DNA of 64,000 nucleotides from Bigelowiella natans CCMP2755 (Eukaryota > Protista > Cercozoa), in contig ADNK01000004.1 in the NCBI GenBank assembly GCA_000320545.1, forward strand, positions 1-64,000, read 5' to 3'. The translations under genes and the position numbers were made by a program. This document shows positions 36,285-48,900 of this stretch, in pieces (the first letter of the stretch is position 1; the number at the start of each line of letters is the position of its first letter). The notes below the pieces were generated by a model, which saw only the letters and a list, made by a program, of their open reading frames with translations, made no database searches and was not told the DNA's origin.

Positions 36285-39200
36285 GGTACGTAACAGCCGG
36301 GAGGGAGGGGGGGGAGGATTATGAATGATATACAATATGTACAACAATAACTACTACTACATATAACCGCTACTAGTACCCGTATAATCGTTTGGCGGCT
36401 GGTAGATAAGGATCGGCGTATTGACCCCACTGTTAGGAAGTTGCAACCTCACTTGAATGAGGTTGGTGAAGTCACGATCGCAAAGGTTGCCGAATACGTC
36501 AAGAGCGGCTATGGAGAAGCTGTTGTTGACGCCAACCAAGCCCATTAAGACATCTGGCACAACGAGGCTGGAAGCTACATCTGCTACCCAAAGTTCAGTA
36601 AAAATCCCGTTGAAAATCAGCTCAGAGCTCATGGTAAATTCGAGGCGTATCGTGACCATAATCTCTCCAAACAAGGTTGTGTTTGTGACGGTGTATTCAA
36701 AGCTATACTGTCCCCCGGGTTGCAGAAGAGGCCCTACTGCAGGCGTGGGTAGTGGGGGGTCGAATTCCGCAGAGAACTGCCCGAGTTCGTTCGCAACAGT
36801 GCGCGTTGCATTGAATCGGTCTCGCGCTTGAATCAAAATGGCGCGCGGTGAGCCAACCACCGTTGTTACCGGGGGGTTATCGACGGGAATGCTATTGCGT
36901 GCCTCGACGCCGACAGCGACAGTCACGGTGAAATTGGAGTCTGGGATGGGGCCGACCGTGGTGCCTGACTGCGTCAGAAGGGGTCGGATAGAGTGCGAGC
37001 CAGCGACGAAGAGCGTGTACGAACACGTGTATCTATCGCCTACGAAAGCGCACAAGGATGACGTATCCTCCACTCCGCAAAGGGTGCATCCAGGTTCATT
37101 CAGAGGGCCGCTACGCTCGTAAACAACGGCAAAAGGGGCGGGGTCTCGTGTAATGATGTTTCCGAACCTATCAGAGAGGATGATGCGGAAGCTCCCTGTC
37201 GCTTCTGACACCAGGCTGAACTGCGGTGGGGCTGTGAGATCAAGAGCGCTGTTTTCTAATGTCGCATTACCGGCAATCACATCCACGAGCTGCGGGGATC
37301 CCCCAATGTCGATGCCCTTGTAGAATACCCTCAGGGTGTACTGCGCGGCGCGAGTTGTCGTCCATGTCGTGGTGTAGTTGTTCGTAGCTATCGAGAAGAT
37401 AGAGCTGACTGAGCCTGGGGGGGACTGGGAGGTCAGATCAGGGGTGATTGTTACGGACACGTCAGCGACAGCCCCATCCAGGAGGTTTCTATCGACGACA
37501 TTCCCGAATGAGTCCCTGAGCTGAAAGATCGCCTGGTTGACGCTACCAGCAATTACTGGATTCTCACTGGCGAAGAGCATTGACTCGTCACGGTCCACCG
37601 CACCAGCGACGACCTGAATCATCCTCGTGTTTCCAGCGTCTATGGTGTCGATGGGTAGTCCGTCAAACAGCACACGGAGGGTGTATCTCTGCGCAATGGT
37701 GGGAGTAAAGGCCAGGATGTACTGGCCGTTGTTAAGATCGATGATTTGGATGGGCACCATTGTCTCATCGTCCTCTCCTACCAATGTAGCCGTGATAGAA
37801 TCCGCACTGCCTCCAGTGATGATGTTTCGTCCGCACACATCACGTGCCTGGATGGTGGTTGCATCGCTAATAATGCCGGCTGGGGTAGTCAAGGGAGCGA
37901 AGATGATCGAGGTTAACGCTGGACTTGGATTTACAACTGTAAAGGACCAATCTGAAATGGTGATATCGACGCCATCAGTGGTCGTCGTTGCCGCTGTAAG
38001 CCCTACAAAGGCACCATCCGTAAAGATATCGAATTCTTCAGCTTCCACGGAGACCTGCAATTGGGGAGAGCGGCTATTGACAAAGCCGAGAATGCTGCCA
38101 CGAGCGCGTGTATCCCCAAATCCAGCACCGGGGAAGTATGAAATTGTGATGTTGTAGCTTTGCCCATGAGTGAGGCCTATGGATTCACTGGGGTCATCTG
38201 TGAATCGATCCGTAGCTTCATCCGCCAGCACTATGCCATCCTGCAACGAGATGTGAAAACCGGCGTGCGAAAAGGTGGGATCTCCCTTCTGTGGGTCCTG
38301 GAGCGCGTCGAATTCAATAGCGGCAGCATTGAGGATACCCTCGTAGCCTAATCCAGCAGCTGCTCCCCCTCGTGCGCTGCCTGAATTGGATTGAATCACC
38401 AACGCAAATCCAGGGACTCGGGTGCCTCTGCTATCACCCAGGCTACCGATCGTGACCGTGAAAGACGTTGAAAATCCGTCACGTACAGTCAGACGCTCCG
38501 GGACACCATTCACTGCATACCAAACAGCAGAGGACGACAGCTCAAATGAGGGATCGGCGCTTGCAATGCGGAGATCTCCGTTTGGTAAGACAGCCGTCAT
38601 TCCTTGGCCGTTTTGTGTGTCAAACAGAGATGATCCCAGCGCACCGGTGAAGCCACCAGGGGGGAAGCTGAACGTTTCGTTGGACCCGGACACCGCGTCA
38701 CAGATTGAGCCTCCTGGAAACTGCCAAGAGATCTGTGGCTCCCAAGCACTAGACCGATGCACAAAGAACAGAGACATTGTGTATGCGATGTCCTCCACAA
38801 GATCGACGTTGTTCGACGCTGCTCCTGGTGGCGGGTTTATCCATGTCAGCGAGCCGAGGTTAAGCGTCGTGGTGGAAGGCATCTCCTCAATCGTGGTGTC
38901 AGCCAGAACCAATCTCCCGTCGATAAATACCCACAGGTAGTCTGAGGACGAGAATTGAACGCTGGTGCCCGGACGATACACAAACTGTGTGATTATGTCA
39001 TAAGTGAAGAAGCTATTGGTGGTTGTATTCGGGTCGAGCCCCGTGTCGAAACCTGCTGCATTGATGGGGAAGAAGGGCTGGAAGACCCCCTCATAGACGG
39101 ATCCCGGCTCACCAGCATCCCCCGATATCAGTCCAAGCACAATCGTCGTGGTTAATCGTGTGTTCACAGCCGGAACATCGTTGAACCAAGTGCCAAACTG

Positions 39201-41213
39201 AGCCTGCGATACGCTTCCTGACGGTGCATTGACGTCGAAAACGGGTCGCAAATTGTCGTCAAGCTGGCCCTCGAGGAAGTTCGGATCCGTCAGTGCTGCT
39301 TGGTTTGTGGGAATGCCCGTGTCCATCTGATCATCGACGCGGAAATCCCTTACGATGCCAGTGACAAATATGAAGTCCCGCTCTTGGACGATGATGGGTA
39401 CGCAGAAGGTCACCTCTGGAGTCGGGTCACTCGGTGCTCCGACATATGATCCCACGGTAGAGATGGCAATTGCACACAGGTTCAGATTCGGCTGTCCTAG
39501 CTCTGGAGTAAAGGAGAACTGGAGCTCGCAGAATTGTGTCATTCCGTTACATGTGTGCGCGATTGATGCTGACCGCGTTTGCGCGAAGCTAAACGTGATG
39601 GCGGTCATGAATCCAGCGGGTGCATACGCCCAGATACCGAAGCTAATCGATTGCCCAATGAAAACTTCGCGAGGAGGTGGGTCGAAGATGTCTATAGTCG
39701 ACACGGGGGGGGGGCCACCGATCGTGTCACGGACTTCTACGAAGTAGGGCGTGTTGCCTTGCTCGTTAACATCGAAGAAGATGTCGAGTGTGTTCGAGTT
39801 GCCCCATGAATCCTCGACGATAAAGGACATTGCATAAAGACCGTCACGATCTGGCGCCCACGTCATCACTCCCGTCTGCGTGAGCTGCGGTACCACAAGG
39901 CCACGCTGGTCAAATATGTTCCCGTTTACGTTGAGGCCTGATTCCTGGAAAGTACTGAATCGGAAAGATAGGTTCGGATCGAACGGACTGAGGCATAGGT
40001 TACGGAGTGTGATTTGCGACTGGATTTGCTGCCCACTGCGATAAGGCCAAGGAAAGATGGCGAAGCTAGAGCAGTGTGGGTTTTGCTTGATCCCATTATC
40101 GACGATATTGTTAATGTTCACTAGGGCTGTGATGGTCATCCTTTCCCCGCTTTCTGTATTCCGTACACCCGTGGTCTGTCGTGCGTCAGGGGAACTTCCG
40201 GCACGATATGTCGTAATCTCTGGATACGTGTGAAAGTGAACCCGTTCGAATTGCAACCAGTTTTGACGACCTGCGTTGATTCGTACGCCATCTTCATAAA
40301 CTCGATCTTCCGTCGCAGCTTCAGAGGAGGGCGTAGATCCACGATAATGCCAAGTAAAAGCGCTTGGGGCGCAGTTGTTGTTGTTACAGTTGCGTCGAAA
40401 TTGGTTTCCGCCGTCGAAGTCATATTCAAAAAAGAACTCTGCATTTCCGAACAGATTCCTCCAGCCTATGTGTATTTATGCTAAGTTCCATCGTTCATTT
40501 TGACTCTCGTCCATTTTTTCTTTTGATATCTCCTATCGCTACCAGGATGGTGGAATCTCTTTCATTAGTTACTCTAAGGACGGGTGTGCACGCATGCGTG
40601 TGTTTGCATATATAATTTTTTTTTATATGTGTTTGTGTTGTAAGCGTAGATTGATTGCTCATAGTTACAGTTTGTGGTTGTCCTGCAGATTTGGTTTTCT
40701 GCGTCTCTGTCCTGATCCTCCGTCCAATAATCAACGGAAGGGTTGCTGTTCGTGAAACCACGGTTCTCTGCTGTTTGTCTATCATCAAATAAGCACCATG
40801 TGCATCAATGTAAATGTAACGGACACTTAGACGATTCAAAGGCGTTAAAAGTATAAGATTAGCTCACGTAACTGCCAGCTGCGTCTCACAGCGGTGTAAA
40901 AAGTGAACTCGATCTCACGTGGGTTATTCACGTCTCTGCACCTCCAATCTGTCAAAGAAGGAACCAGGTGAAGGGGATATATGCACATATTCAAGTGTGC
41001 TGAGCTCAAGAGAATACATTCTTGTTTGTAATCCCCTCAAATCTTACATATCTCTTATGTTTACTCAAGAAGCAAGAAGAAAGCACCAAGCAAGAAGGAA
41101 GCAACGAGGAATCATTAATCTTACGCCATACTCAGAGTTCCATATCGATGGTGAGTGCATGAGGCAAAGCCGGCAAGCAGTATCAACGCACAAGTGTACG
41201 CTGATGACACCAT
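19580..41213 (-). CDS. Giant type I membrane/surface protein: signal peptide, fibro-slime/PA14 domain, legume-lectin-like domain, many filamin/Ig-like repeats, many Cys-rich CxDGSC repeats, TM helix, coiled-coil tail (3' end approximate)
   Basis: Exon 1 is MVSSAYTCALILLAGFASCTHHRYGTL (from 41213). The 4.1-kb exon ~40465-36370 contains VRDFR...WFND...FFPIN...FFT...SDYLWVFIDGRLV (PA14/fibro-slime), AVWY...GFSTSF...GFALVIQ...GLGY...IEFD (L-type lectin) and IQARD..G / DLNNGQY..FTPT (filamin-like). Exons at 22.9-30.7 kb are full of CxDG(S/T)C. TM segment WIFVAMGVIFGVTACTCLFYY lies at ~21090-21155. Confidence 0.8.
25639..25854. repeat. Compound intronic microsatellite (CT)n(CA)n(TA)n with a duplicated ~31-bp unit
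   Basis: TCCTAAGTGGAGCTCCTTTTGTGTGCGTTTA occurs twice (~25761 and ~25824), each preceded by (TA)n. It is representative of the many intronic (CA)n/(GA)n/(CAT)n/(GAG)n tracts in the window. Confidence 0.9.
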
Positions 41214-42144
41214 CGGATTTCCCAGGTTTGAAGGTTGAGAAGCAAAGCCTTCTTTATTTAAAAAAGGTCGATGAAGATGTACAATTTCTATGATTTCAAC
41301 TTCTATGGTTTCAATTTCTATGATTTCTAACTGGAAACCACCACCTTATTATCTTCGATTGTCTCAATGAATGGAGTCAGCTTCTCAGAGCTGAGTAAGA
41401 CCCCTCTGGAGGCCTGGAGGGAATTCTGGGTCGAGGCTAGAATGGCTGCAGTCAGCGTTAAAAACGGAGACCTTGATTGTTTTTTCCCCGTTTGGCGCGT
41501 GCACGGCATGATCCACAAAGTTATGCATCCTGTTTTGCGCAGCAACTGTCTCGCTGATCGAAGTCAGATCGTCATAAAATCCACAAACGTCCTTGGATTC
41601 TGTCCAATGAAAGCATCTATGGGGCACAATGTCCTGCAACGGCACTTGGTCGCAGCAGAATCTAATGTGAATTAAGTGACGGCAAAGTGTCTTGTATTGC
41701 CTGAGCATGCACGCCATCCGGAAAGGTAGCTCTGTGGCATCAAGTATCAATAGTAATGTACGCGGACATACGACGACATGATTTCCTCGCATCAAGATGT
41801 AATAATTTGCCTGCGTTCTTCCTATTTTCTAGGAATACGGGGAATTTTCCTCGGTTCCGAAAGACTCGGCCCACACTTGGAACGAGGCGAGGCCATTTTT
41901 CAGGCGTCGTACTTCGCCGGTACACATTTGTAAGAAACTTCCAGCAATTGTCGGGCGTCAAACGTGGCCAAGATCGGTGGAGAATGGGGTATTTTTCAAG
42001 TCGTAACGGGAATTCGTATCCCGTTTCATTCACTGTTTTCTGACGCCGAAGCTTTGACATTCATCGAAAAGAAAAGAGTCCGTGACTAGATCTACACAAC
42101 TCAAGAGTCTTCAAGCCACGAACGAAAGACCTGTCCAATCAAAG

Positions 42145-43875
42145 ATGCTTCTTACGTATGCGGAGAAAATTGGAACTGTATTCAGAGGGTGGTTTCGGTG
42201 CCCTTTGGCAGAGGAAGCGGTGAATCTCCCAGCAACACCATTTTACATGTACTTGCAAGGATCAGGATACTTGAAGAAGAACGAAGAGGTTCTGGACGAC
42301 AATGGATGCCTTCTAGATCAGTATTTGAATACGAAGAACATTCCACAAGTTGCCCTTGGGCTGCTTCTGTTCTTCACCTCGGCATTAGCTTTCATATTTT
42401 TGGCAATCTTTCGGATGTACAGAACGAAACATGTATCGAAGGAGCAAGATTCATTCAAAGGGGAGGTAGAGGTTGCGGTAGCTTTTGCAGAGGTGAAAGC
42501 ACGAGAAGCTAGTAATGATGCAAAATCTAAAGCCACCATTGCGGAAGCAGAAACAAGAGCTAAAGAAGCAGAGGAAGCAAGAATAAGAGCAGAGAAGGAA
42601 TTGGCCAAACTTAAGGCTAAGATGGAACAGCAAAAAATTGAGAGAGACCGCAAGGAGAAAGACAATGAAGTTGTCGTACAGATAGGAGATCAGGAAGGGA
42701 ATGCTAAGCCCGGTACGACTTCAACTGAAGAAATTGATTTAAAAGGAGATGCAAAGAGTCAAAACCAAAAGCCTGGAGATACCGATCCTCACGAGAAACA
42801 AGATACAGGAAGTTTAGAGAAAACAATGGAGGGATCGTTCGGAGAGGAGGATGAGAAACTGGAACCTAATCATGATGAAAAAGAGACCCCTAAAGAGGCT
42901 CAGATTAAAGACAAGGGCTACCACCTGGAAGAACCTCAATGCTGGGAACAGGAACAAAGTACCACATCATTTGAAGTGGTAAGCCGTGGAGAGTACGAGG
43001 TCATCGTGACAACTAACAAATCAAAAGATGGAGCATCTAATGAGGAAGACAAGAATGGAAACTTGATCGACAACGAGGAGAAAGGTGCTAAATGTTGCAT
43101 ACCACAAGATGATAAGCCCAGCAAGGAAGACCCTCGATTTCAAGAAGAGAGTGAAGGCGCTGGGTTGGAAAAGACTGGAAGCCTCATGAAGGCATGCACA
43201 AGTGTAAAATCGATGGACGATAAGAAAGACTCTCCAAGCAAAGACGACGAACAGAAACACATTCTTCATGAAGAAGGAGAATCTCCAAACCACGATGAGG
43301 AACCAGGACAAGAACAGCAGACTGACACTAAGAAACAATTTCCGACTGACACTAAGAAGCAATCTCCAACCCATGCTGGGGAACAAGGACTGAAAAATAC
43401 TAAAGCAGAGAAGCCTGGCACACAGGTGGGGGAGAAGCTTCACATGAAGGAGCTTCGTATTTGCAAAGGACTGAAACTGATCAGTCGTAGAATGGGAAAG
43501 GAATCCGATAGTTGCGGAGAGCTTAACCGTACCAATTGCGGCGGCGAAAAATTCGAAATCAAGGAAGGAAATCTCAAGATCAAATCTGACGAGCTGAAGC
43601 AGGGAACGCATAAAAAGACAGAAATAATGATAATGGATGAAAAGCGAGGGCGAATTCAAAATGAAAAAGAAGCTCTGGAAAATCTTGAAGCCAAACATAG
43701 GGATGGCTCGGCACGGCAAGGCATACCCAGCTCTCCACAGCACAAGAACCCATTTGCAGTTTCTATGATACTCATCAAAGATATGGGAATTCAGAAGCCA
43801 GATGAAGAGATTTCGCGTGTTTTGTCCTCTGTTGATGGTGACGTCAGCAAGGCTGTTGCAGTTCTTCTTCCTTAA
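42145..43875 (+). CDS. Intronless protein with one TM helix, coiled coil, acidic low-complexity region and C-terminal UBA-like domain
   Basis: Long ORF with TM VALGLLLFFTSALAFIFLAIF and an E/A/K coiled coil. The C-terminus LIKDMGIQKPDEEISRVLSSVDGDVSKAVAVLL fits the UBA/CUE pattern (MG...L...GD+..A+..L). Confidence 0.75.
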   Translation: MLLTYAEKIGTVFRGWFRCPLAEEAVNLPATPFYMYLQGSGYLKKNEEVLDDNGCLLDQYLNTKNIPQVALGLLLFFTSALAFIFLAIFRMYRTKHVSKEQDSFKGEVEVAVAFAEVKAREASNDAKSKATIAEAETRAKEAEEARIRAEKELAKLKAKMEQQKIERDRKEKDNEVVVQIGDQEGNAKPGTTSTEEIDLKGDAKSQNQKPGDTDPHEKQDTGSLEKTMEGSFGEEDEKLEPNHDEKETPKEAQIKDKGYHLEEPQCWEQEQSTTSFEVVSRGEYEVIVTTNKSKDGASNEEDKNGNLIDNEEKGAKCCIPQDDKPSKEDPRFQEESEGAGLEKTGSLMKACTSVKSMDDKKDSPSKDDEQKHILHEEGESPNHDEEPGQEQQTDTKKQFPTDTKKQSPTHAGEQGLKNTKAEKPGTQVGEKLHMKELRICKGLKLISRRMGKESDSCGELNRTNCGGEKFEIKEGNLKIKSDELKQGTHKKTEIMIMDEKRGRIQNEKEALENLEAKHRDGSARQGIPSSPQHKNPFAVSMILIKDMGIQKPDEEISRVLSSVDGDVSKAVAVLLP

Positions 43876-46218
43876 TGCACATTAACACTACTCTTCACAG
43901 GAGTCTCGTTCGAAACCACAATGTGATGCATGAATTTGTTGAAGATGTCATGCATTAGGACACTACCTGTATGTCAAGCCATGTTGATCTTCAAAATCAG
44001 CACTCTACGAAGCTATACTACGCCTACAAAACCTAGCTAGATGATCCATGCTTCCTTCTTGGCAGACATGACTTCGCGCAATGAAGATGAAGATAATGGA
44101 CGAGGTCAACATGTGCTGTGCATTGTGTACGTGTGTCTACAGTGTCAACACTCACACGCACACGCAGCAGCATGGCAGATGTATGCCAGCAGTCAGCATC
44201 CGCTAGAGCTCGACTTGTTGGGGTTAGTTATATGTGCGGTCGACACGATCCTATGTACATATCTGGGCAGATCGCTGCATCACACATCCTACCGCAAGTG
44301 GTACATCTTTATTCTACATACATCTACGACATTTATAGGTCATTGCAACGCAGCTCAAAGTGACGCATGGCTCGTCAATGCGCTTGCTAGCTTGATGAGT
44401 TGCCCGTACAACAAACGATCCTGGTTACATCGTCTAGACGCATATGCAGCAAATATTCTTTAATTCATACACTATACATGTTAGTAATCGCACGCTGGGT
44501 CATGGCTATACAGCACCAGCAGCTACTTTCTATCATCATTATTCGTAGGCCGTTTCCTTCATGGATTCTTCGAGTTCTACAGTTAATTTGACTGATCGCT
44601 AAATCATCAGCGCTCCACCTTGCCTATGTGAGATAGATGCTTAAGTAAATGGTCCCTCGAAATCGTATTCCTCTGATCTAGAAACTGCCTCTCGGTCGAT
44701 ATTTTTTTACCTTGTACTGAATTTTTTCCCTGTAGTTTATTATGGCGTGCACGCCAGGCTATCATGTTTAACGTCTCATAGCATTTTGGGCATTTTATCC
44801 TGATTACAACATCAAACTCACATCACAGAATGAGCTTCGTGAACTAAATTACCTTCTCTCAGTAGCCCCGCATCGTAGCGTTGCTGTACATTTTGGGCAC
44901 TTGAAGTATGTTGTGTATTTGATACGTATCTGCGATTTGCAGGTACATTTCGGGCACATAATGACGGAAGCATTCTTGGGCAGTTGCATTAGTTGGCGGC
45001 AACTTGGACACATGGTTGTAAGCTACACGAAACCAATCCACAACAGTCTCACAAAAGATAACAACGTAAATTAAGGAAATTACCATTTCACCAACAGGTT
45101 GCGTAATCGCAACGGGTCTAAGGCGATCTACATCAGCTATGCCTTCCGACGTCTTCAAATCGTCACCTGCTTCATTGGGTGAACTGAGGTTTTCATGACT
45201 CTGGTTGAAAAGGTGTATACCTCTGGCATCCGGATTCATCAGATTAATTAACACAAGCGTGCGTGCCTGTAAGGGACTGACCACACCCTACGTGGTCCTT
45301 TTCTTCGGCCGTTGGGGAGGTGTCAAGGATCTCGAACATGTACGAGTACAATTCATAATCAATCGAACGAAAAAATAACGAAAAATCCCCGATCTATTGT
45401 CAACCAAATTCAGCCGACAAATAGCCGACAGAAGAAGGAAATACTCGTACGGAATTATTAATAATAAAATTAATTTTGACACCCTTGTTATTTCTCCGAA
45501 GAACAACTTCATAAATGAATTGCATTGAATACATGTAGAGAATTTCTCTTTTGATACATGTTTTCCCAAAAAATTCCCTACGTGTGCTGATACATGTACG
45601 ACGTAGAGCGGCCCGCCTCTTGCCCCGCTGTTTTTGGAGCAAGTGCACAACAGAGTTTGTCTGAACTGCTGACAAGCGCGCTTACTCTCCGGTTTTTATG
45701 TCGAAGTCATTTTTCGCTAACAATTTCATTACGTTTTAGCATATTCCTATCAAATTCTTCGAGTTGCACTTTACAAGCACTTCCCCCGAAAAGCAAGAGT
45801 ATTGGAAACTTTATCCATAAAGTAATAAATTAAAGAAAACAAATATGTCGTATGTTTTAAATGATATGCACTTCAACAATATTTGCGTCTTTTAATGGTG
45901 CATAGTAGTCTGGGAACCGTATTTGGGCTAACTTCTCAACGGCCCTGCAAAGCCTCCTCCCTGCTCACCACCATTCTCTCCTCCGAAGTTCCCTTCCACC
46001 TTCTGTTTATGATTAGCGCCTTTACCGCTATCTACGATTCTCCTCGAACCCCAAAGGACGACGGATAGGAGGGCATTAGCTCATCTCTTCATTGCATTAA
46101 TTGTTCAATAACATTGGATCCGTATTGGCAGTGAATTCTGAGACTGCAGAGATCCATATCTACTGAGAGTAATTATAGTCTTCAAAAATTACGCAACTTT
46201 ACTAAAGCATTTATACCA

Positions 46219-46596
46219 ATGGGAGGCCAAGCTTTGAGGAAGAGCGATAAGTTCCCCGCGCCACCTGGCAAAGTGTACATTCTGCGTTCCAACTATAAGG
46301 TTCATGTTATGTTCACCAAAATCTACAGGAATTCTTCTTCTAACGTGTTGTCCTTGTAGGGTCCTGATGGAACTGCCTTAAAGAGAGGGACATTAGTCAC
46401 TGAATTTCCGGGACATTCCTTTGGGATGGTACCGTTTAACCACATTGCAATCAGTAAGCTCAAGTACGACATCGAGAAGGACAAATGGGTGACCAGCAAA
46501 TCTTTTGAAGCAATTCATCATGGCAAGCTTCAACCCATATCAAAGGAGAATATCCCTCCAAAGAGTGTGAGAATTTTCAAGCGCAATGGTACCTGA
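46219..46596 (+). CDS. Small hypothetical protein, 2 exons (46219-46299, 46360-46596), ~105 aa
   Basis: A phase-0 60-nt GT-AG intron joins MGGQALRKSDKFPAPPGKVYILRSNYK and GPDGTALKRGTLVTEFPGHSFGMVP...RNGT*. No recognised family. Confidence 0.5.
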
Positions 46597-47556
46597 AGTT
46601 CCCCCTGCGGTAGTTAATTGGAATTTGGCATTGAAGTTAAATAGTTGCAAACCTTCGTGTTAGCTGAAGTGTCAAGATATGTGGAGTCCTTAGTACCGCA
46701 TGTATTTCAACGTTTCGAGAAATGATTGTATACAAGCATGTTGTCTCACGCGAAAAATTTACTTATATCCTTTCATTTGACACAGCGATCGTGCCTGCTA
46801 TGATCCATGCACGACTTGCATGTATCCTTTACATGTACACAAACATCATCATTCCTGGACTATTTGATGCTACTTATGAATGCAAATGCAGGCCTTATAT
46901 TGTACGTATGAGCATGCAGCATGATTCTAATTGAATGCATGGCTACTTATAAACGCTGTGACTACAATGCTGACATCATCAAGCGCTAGCTAGCTAGCCG
47001 CCAAGCTACGCTAGTAGTACGTGAGATACGGGGGCGATGTCGATTTACGCATGTGCATGCTGTGCGACACATCAAGCGACGCTGCATGCTACTAGCTATG
47101 TCTCGATATCAACAAATGTAAACACGTGGCGCGCTCATATATAGCAAGCTAGCAAGCTATATCTAGATATAGCTGCTAGTTTAGCTAGGCCTAGCCTAGG
47201 CCTGTCTAGATGCATGCGTATGTGCGTAGCTGCTACTCGCATTCAGCTCATCTAGTACTAGCTAGCTAGCTAGTTGTATGCACTAGCTAGTGTACGATAC
47301 ACCCACAAATCAAAATAGCCTATGTAGCATGCTTTAGATAAGCCGAATGTATGATGCGTACGCTACACATTGGCTGCACCGTCTAGTAGAGCCGTACGTA
47401 TATGCGTTGCATCCATTTCTAGATTTCTCGGCCCGTTTCTTTTTTATTACGCAACATGGTTCGAAACCTTAAGTTTCAAGGAAAATTGGTGGACAACCCT
47501 TCCCTAGTTCCCAGCAGAAATCAATGATTGACTCAAACCTACGGTCTTGGTCACTT

Positions 47557-48900
47557 TTTAACGACGTGACTTGCTGCGTGCCGAAGACTGAAGGAAAACG
47601 ATGTTTTAGACATAAACCTAGGGTTCATGAGAGAAACAGACCTTCGCCGCGGACTTTGCTCGAGGTGCTACTGGTTTGGATTGTTGGGAGCGAGCTTTGG
47701 ACGAGGCTCTCTTTGGTGGAGGTTTTACTTCCTCCTCTTCCTCCTCATCATCTTCTTCCTGGCAATCACAACAAAAGTGAACATGCGAATTGGGGACGTC
47801 AAAGGTAGCATGTTCTAAGTAGTTTATTTTGACAGCTTTCTTTTTTCCTGCCTAAACCTCTTCGTCATCGTCCTCGCCCTCAGCCTCCTGTGACAATATG
47901 TATCTTTGAGTTGATTCATGGTTAACTGATAGTTACGCAAACATGATCACCATTGAATATCCTGTGTCAACGGTGTTCATGCTCGTACCTCATCATCGCC
48001 CTCGTCGTCGTCATCATCGTCGTCATCGTCTTCATCTTCCTCTCCTCCACCTGCCTTTCCCTAAATGATATATGTTTTAAATGAAATTGAGGCTCAGATT
48101 ATGTAGTTTTTAATCAAAACTAATTGTCAGACTTTCGATTTTCCTTCTTCAGCTTCTTCATCGTCATCTTCGTCGTCGTCATCGTCTTCCTCATCTCCCT
48201 CATCAGCATCCTCGTCCTGAAAGAAGGAATTGCTTTGCTTTAAAGAACAGTGACAAAATCAGAAGCAGGTGAACAACCTCTTCATCATCTTCTTCGTCAT
48301 CATCCTCCTCTGATGCCTTCTTCTTCTTCTTGCTTGAACCAATATCCTTGGGTGCCTCCCGCTTGCTCCCCGCCTTTTTGCTGGTTGTTACCTGTAGAAA
48401 TTGGAAGAAACTGAGGCCTAGGCCACTCAATTGTTTTTTATTCTATTTTATCACCTCTTCCATATCTCCGTCTTCATCTTTAACATTTTTTATTTCTTCG
48501 ACGATGAGCTTGTGCAGCCTGACATGGATATCTGTGATGCGCTTCAGCCCTGAGTGTCCAAACAATAGTTTTCAGTTTCGACATGTACTCTCTCGTATAA
48601 CAAAATTAATACCTTTAAAAATATCCTGACGGGCAACTGCCATCTCTTTGGACAGCCTCACAAGGTTCTGGCATCACAAGAAACCACGCACTCACTTAAC
48701 TGCAACGAACGTACACTTTTTCCAACAGATGATTTATGACGGATACGACAATAGGAGCTTCTCCCCTTCTCCTTCACAGTAAAATTACGATGATAAAGGA
48801 TAATGTATTCAATACGGTCATAACCTTGAACGCTTGTGGAGTATTCTTCGGGATCTTGATTACTTTGGCGTTTTGCTCTTTCCGCAGAATCCCTGGATTC
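47557..48900 (-). CDS. Hypothetical highly acidic (D/E-rich) protein with basic tail, probably nuclear; 5' end unresolved
   Basis: Short exons separated by short GT-AG introns give NLVRLSKEMAVARQDIFK, LHKLIVEEIKNVKDEDGDMEE, SSKKKKKASEEDDDEE, poly-D/E exons, KPPPKRASSKARS and SSARSKSRR*. Confidence 0.6.

Noticed and set aside
41286-41329. 15-bp tandem repeat (TTCTATGATTTCAA-like, x3) upstream of the giant gene; also a diverged ~65-bp tandem duplication at ~49630-49760
   Set aside because: Ordinary local duplications with no evidence of function.
44859-45284. 141-aa minus-strand ORF; also ORFs at 41385-41795 and 49015-49333
   Set aside because: No recognisable motifs, and I could not build a consistent exon model. 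They may be real exons but are unsupported.
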